Virus record (IMG/VR): IMGVR_UViG_3300027499_000007
Strand: one strand, 5' to 3'
DNA from: a virus
DNA: 64,000 nt
In this document: positions 63,759 to 64,000 of the stretch, piece after piece
How positions within the stretch are numbered: the stretch's first letter is position 1
Layout of the letters: every line of letters begins with the position of its first letter
The notes under the pieces: generated by a model
Seen by the model: the letters and a program-made list of their open reading frames with translations, nothing else
What the model was told of the DNA's origin: nothing
Databases searched by the model: none
Position numbers and translations under genes: made by a program

Positions 63759-64000
63759 ATGCAAATAGAAAAACATTCACCTAACAAAGAGCTAATCGTA
63801 TTTACAGAATCGGCACAAGAGCACTTTAAGCAAGTTGCCGGATCCGCAAATGCGTTAGGCGTCCGCCTTGCATTAGGTGGCGGCGGCTGTGCAGGATTTA
63901 GTTATAAGTGGGAATTAATTAAAACACCCAGCGAAATTGACGCTAGCGATTATTCTCGAGCATACGATGGTTGGACATTTTGGTTAGATAAAACTTCTGA
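63759..64000 (+). CDS. IscA/HesB A-type Fe-S carrier (runs off window)
   Basis: FTESA...GVRL...GGGCAGFSY. Confidence 0.85.
   Translation, partial: MQIEKHSPNKELIVFTESAQEHFKQVAGSANALGVRLALGGGGCAGFSYKWELIKTPSEIDASDYSRAYDGWTFWLDKTS

Overview
This is a 64-kb segment of a large, AT-rich, T4-like (jumbo) phage genome. It has sigma70-type early promoters (TTGACA-16/17-TATAAT-like) and T4-type late promoters ((T)ATAAATA), and almost all genes are on the + strand. The host is probably an alphaproteobacterium, inferred from a permuted two-piece tmRNA with a GGCAGUA T-loop and an ANDNF...LAA tag. The first 10 kb is an RNA island: 17 tRNAs, two non-canonical CCA-ended RNAs (one a 52-nt mini-RNA with an alanine-type G3.U70 acceptor), a GOLLD-like RNA of about 850 nt carrying an embedded degenerate tRNA-Lys, several unassigned structured RNAs, and the two-piece tmRNA, whose intervening segment holds a complete ORF. 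The rest encodes host-takeover and auxiliary functions: ClpX, ClpP, ClpS, Hsp20, bS21, AhpC/AhpD, Prx5, SufS/SufE/IscA, GuaC, NadE, MazG, an HD hydrolase, PMM, a sulfotransferase, an APS-kinase-like fusion and glycan-modification-like enzymes. There is also one large virion-like protein and two early regions (about 23.6-28 kb and 44.6-50.5 kb) of small hypothetical genes sharing operator-like promoter motifs. All assignments come from reading motifs and pairing by eye; no database searches or folding programs were run.
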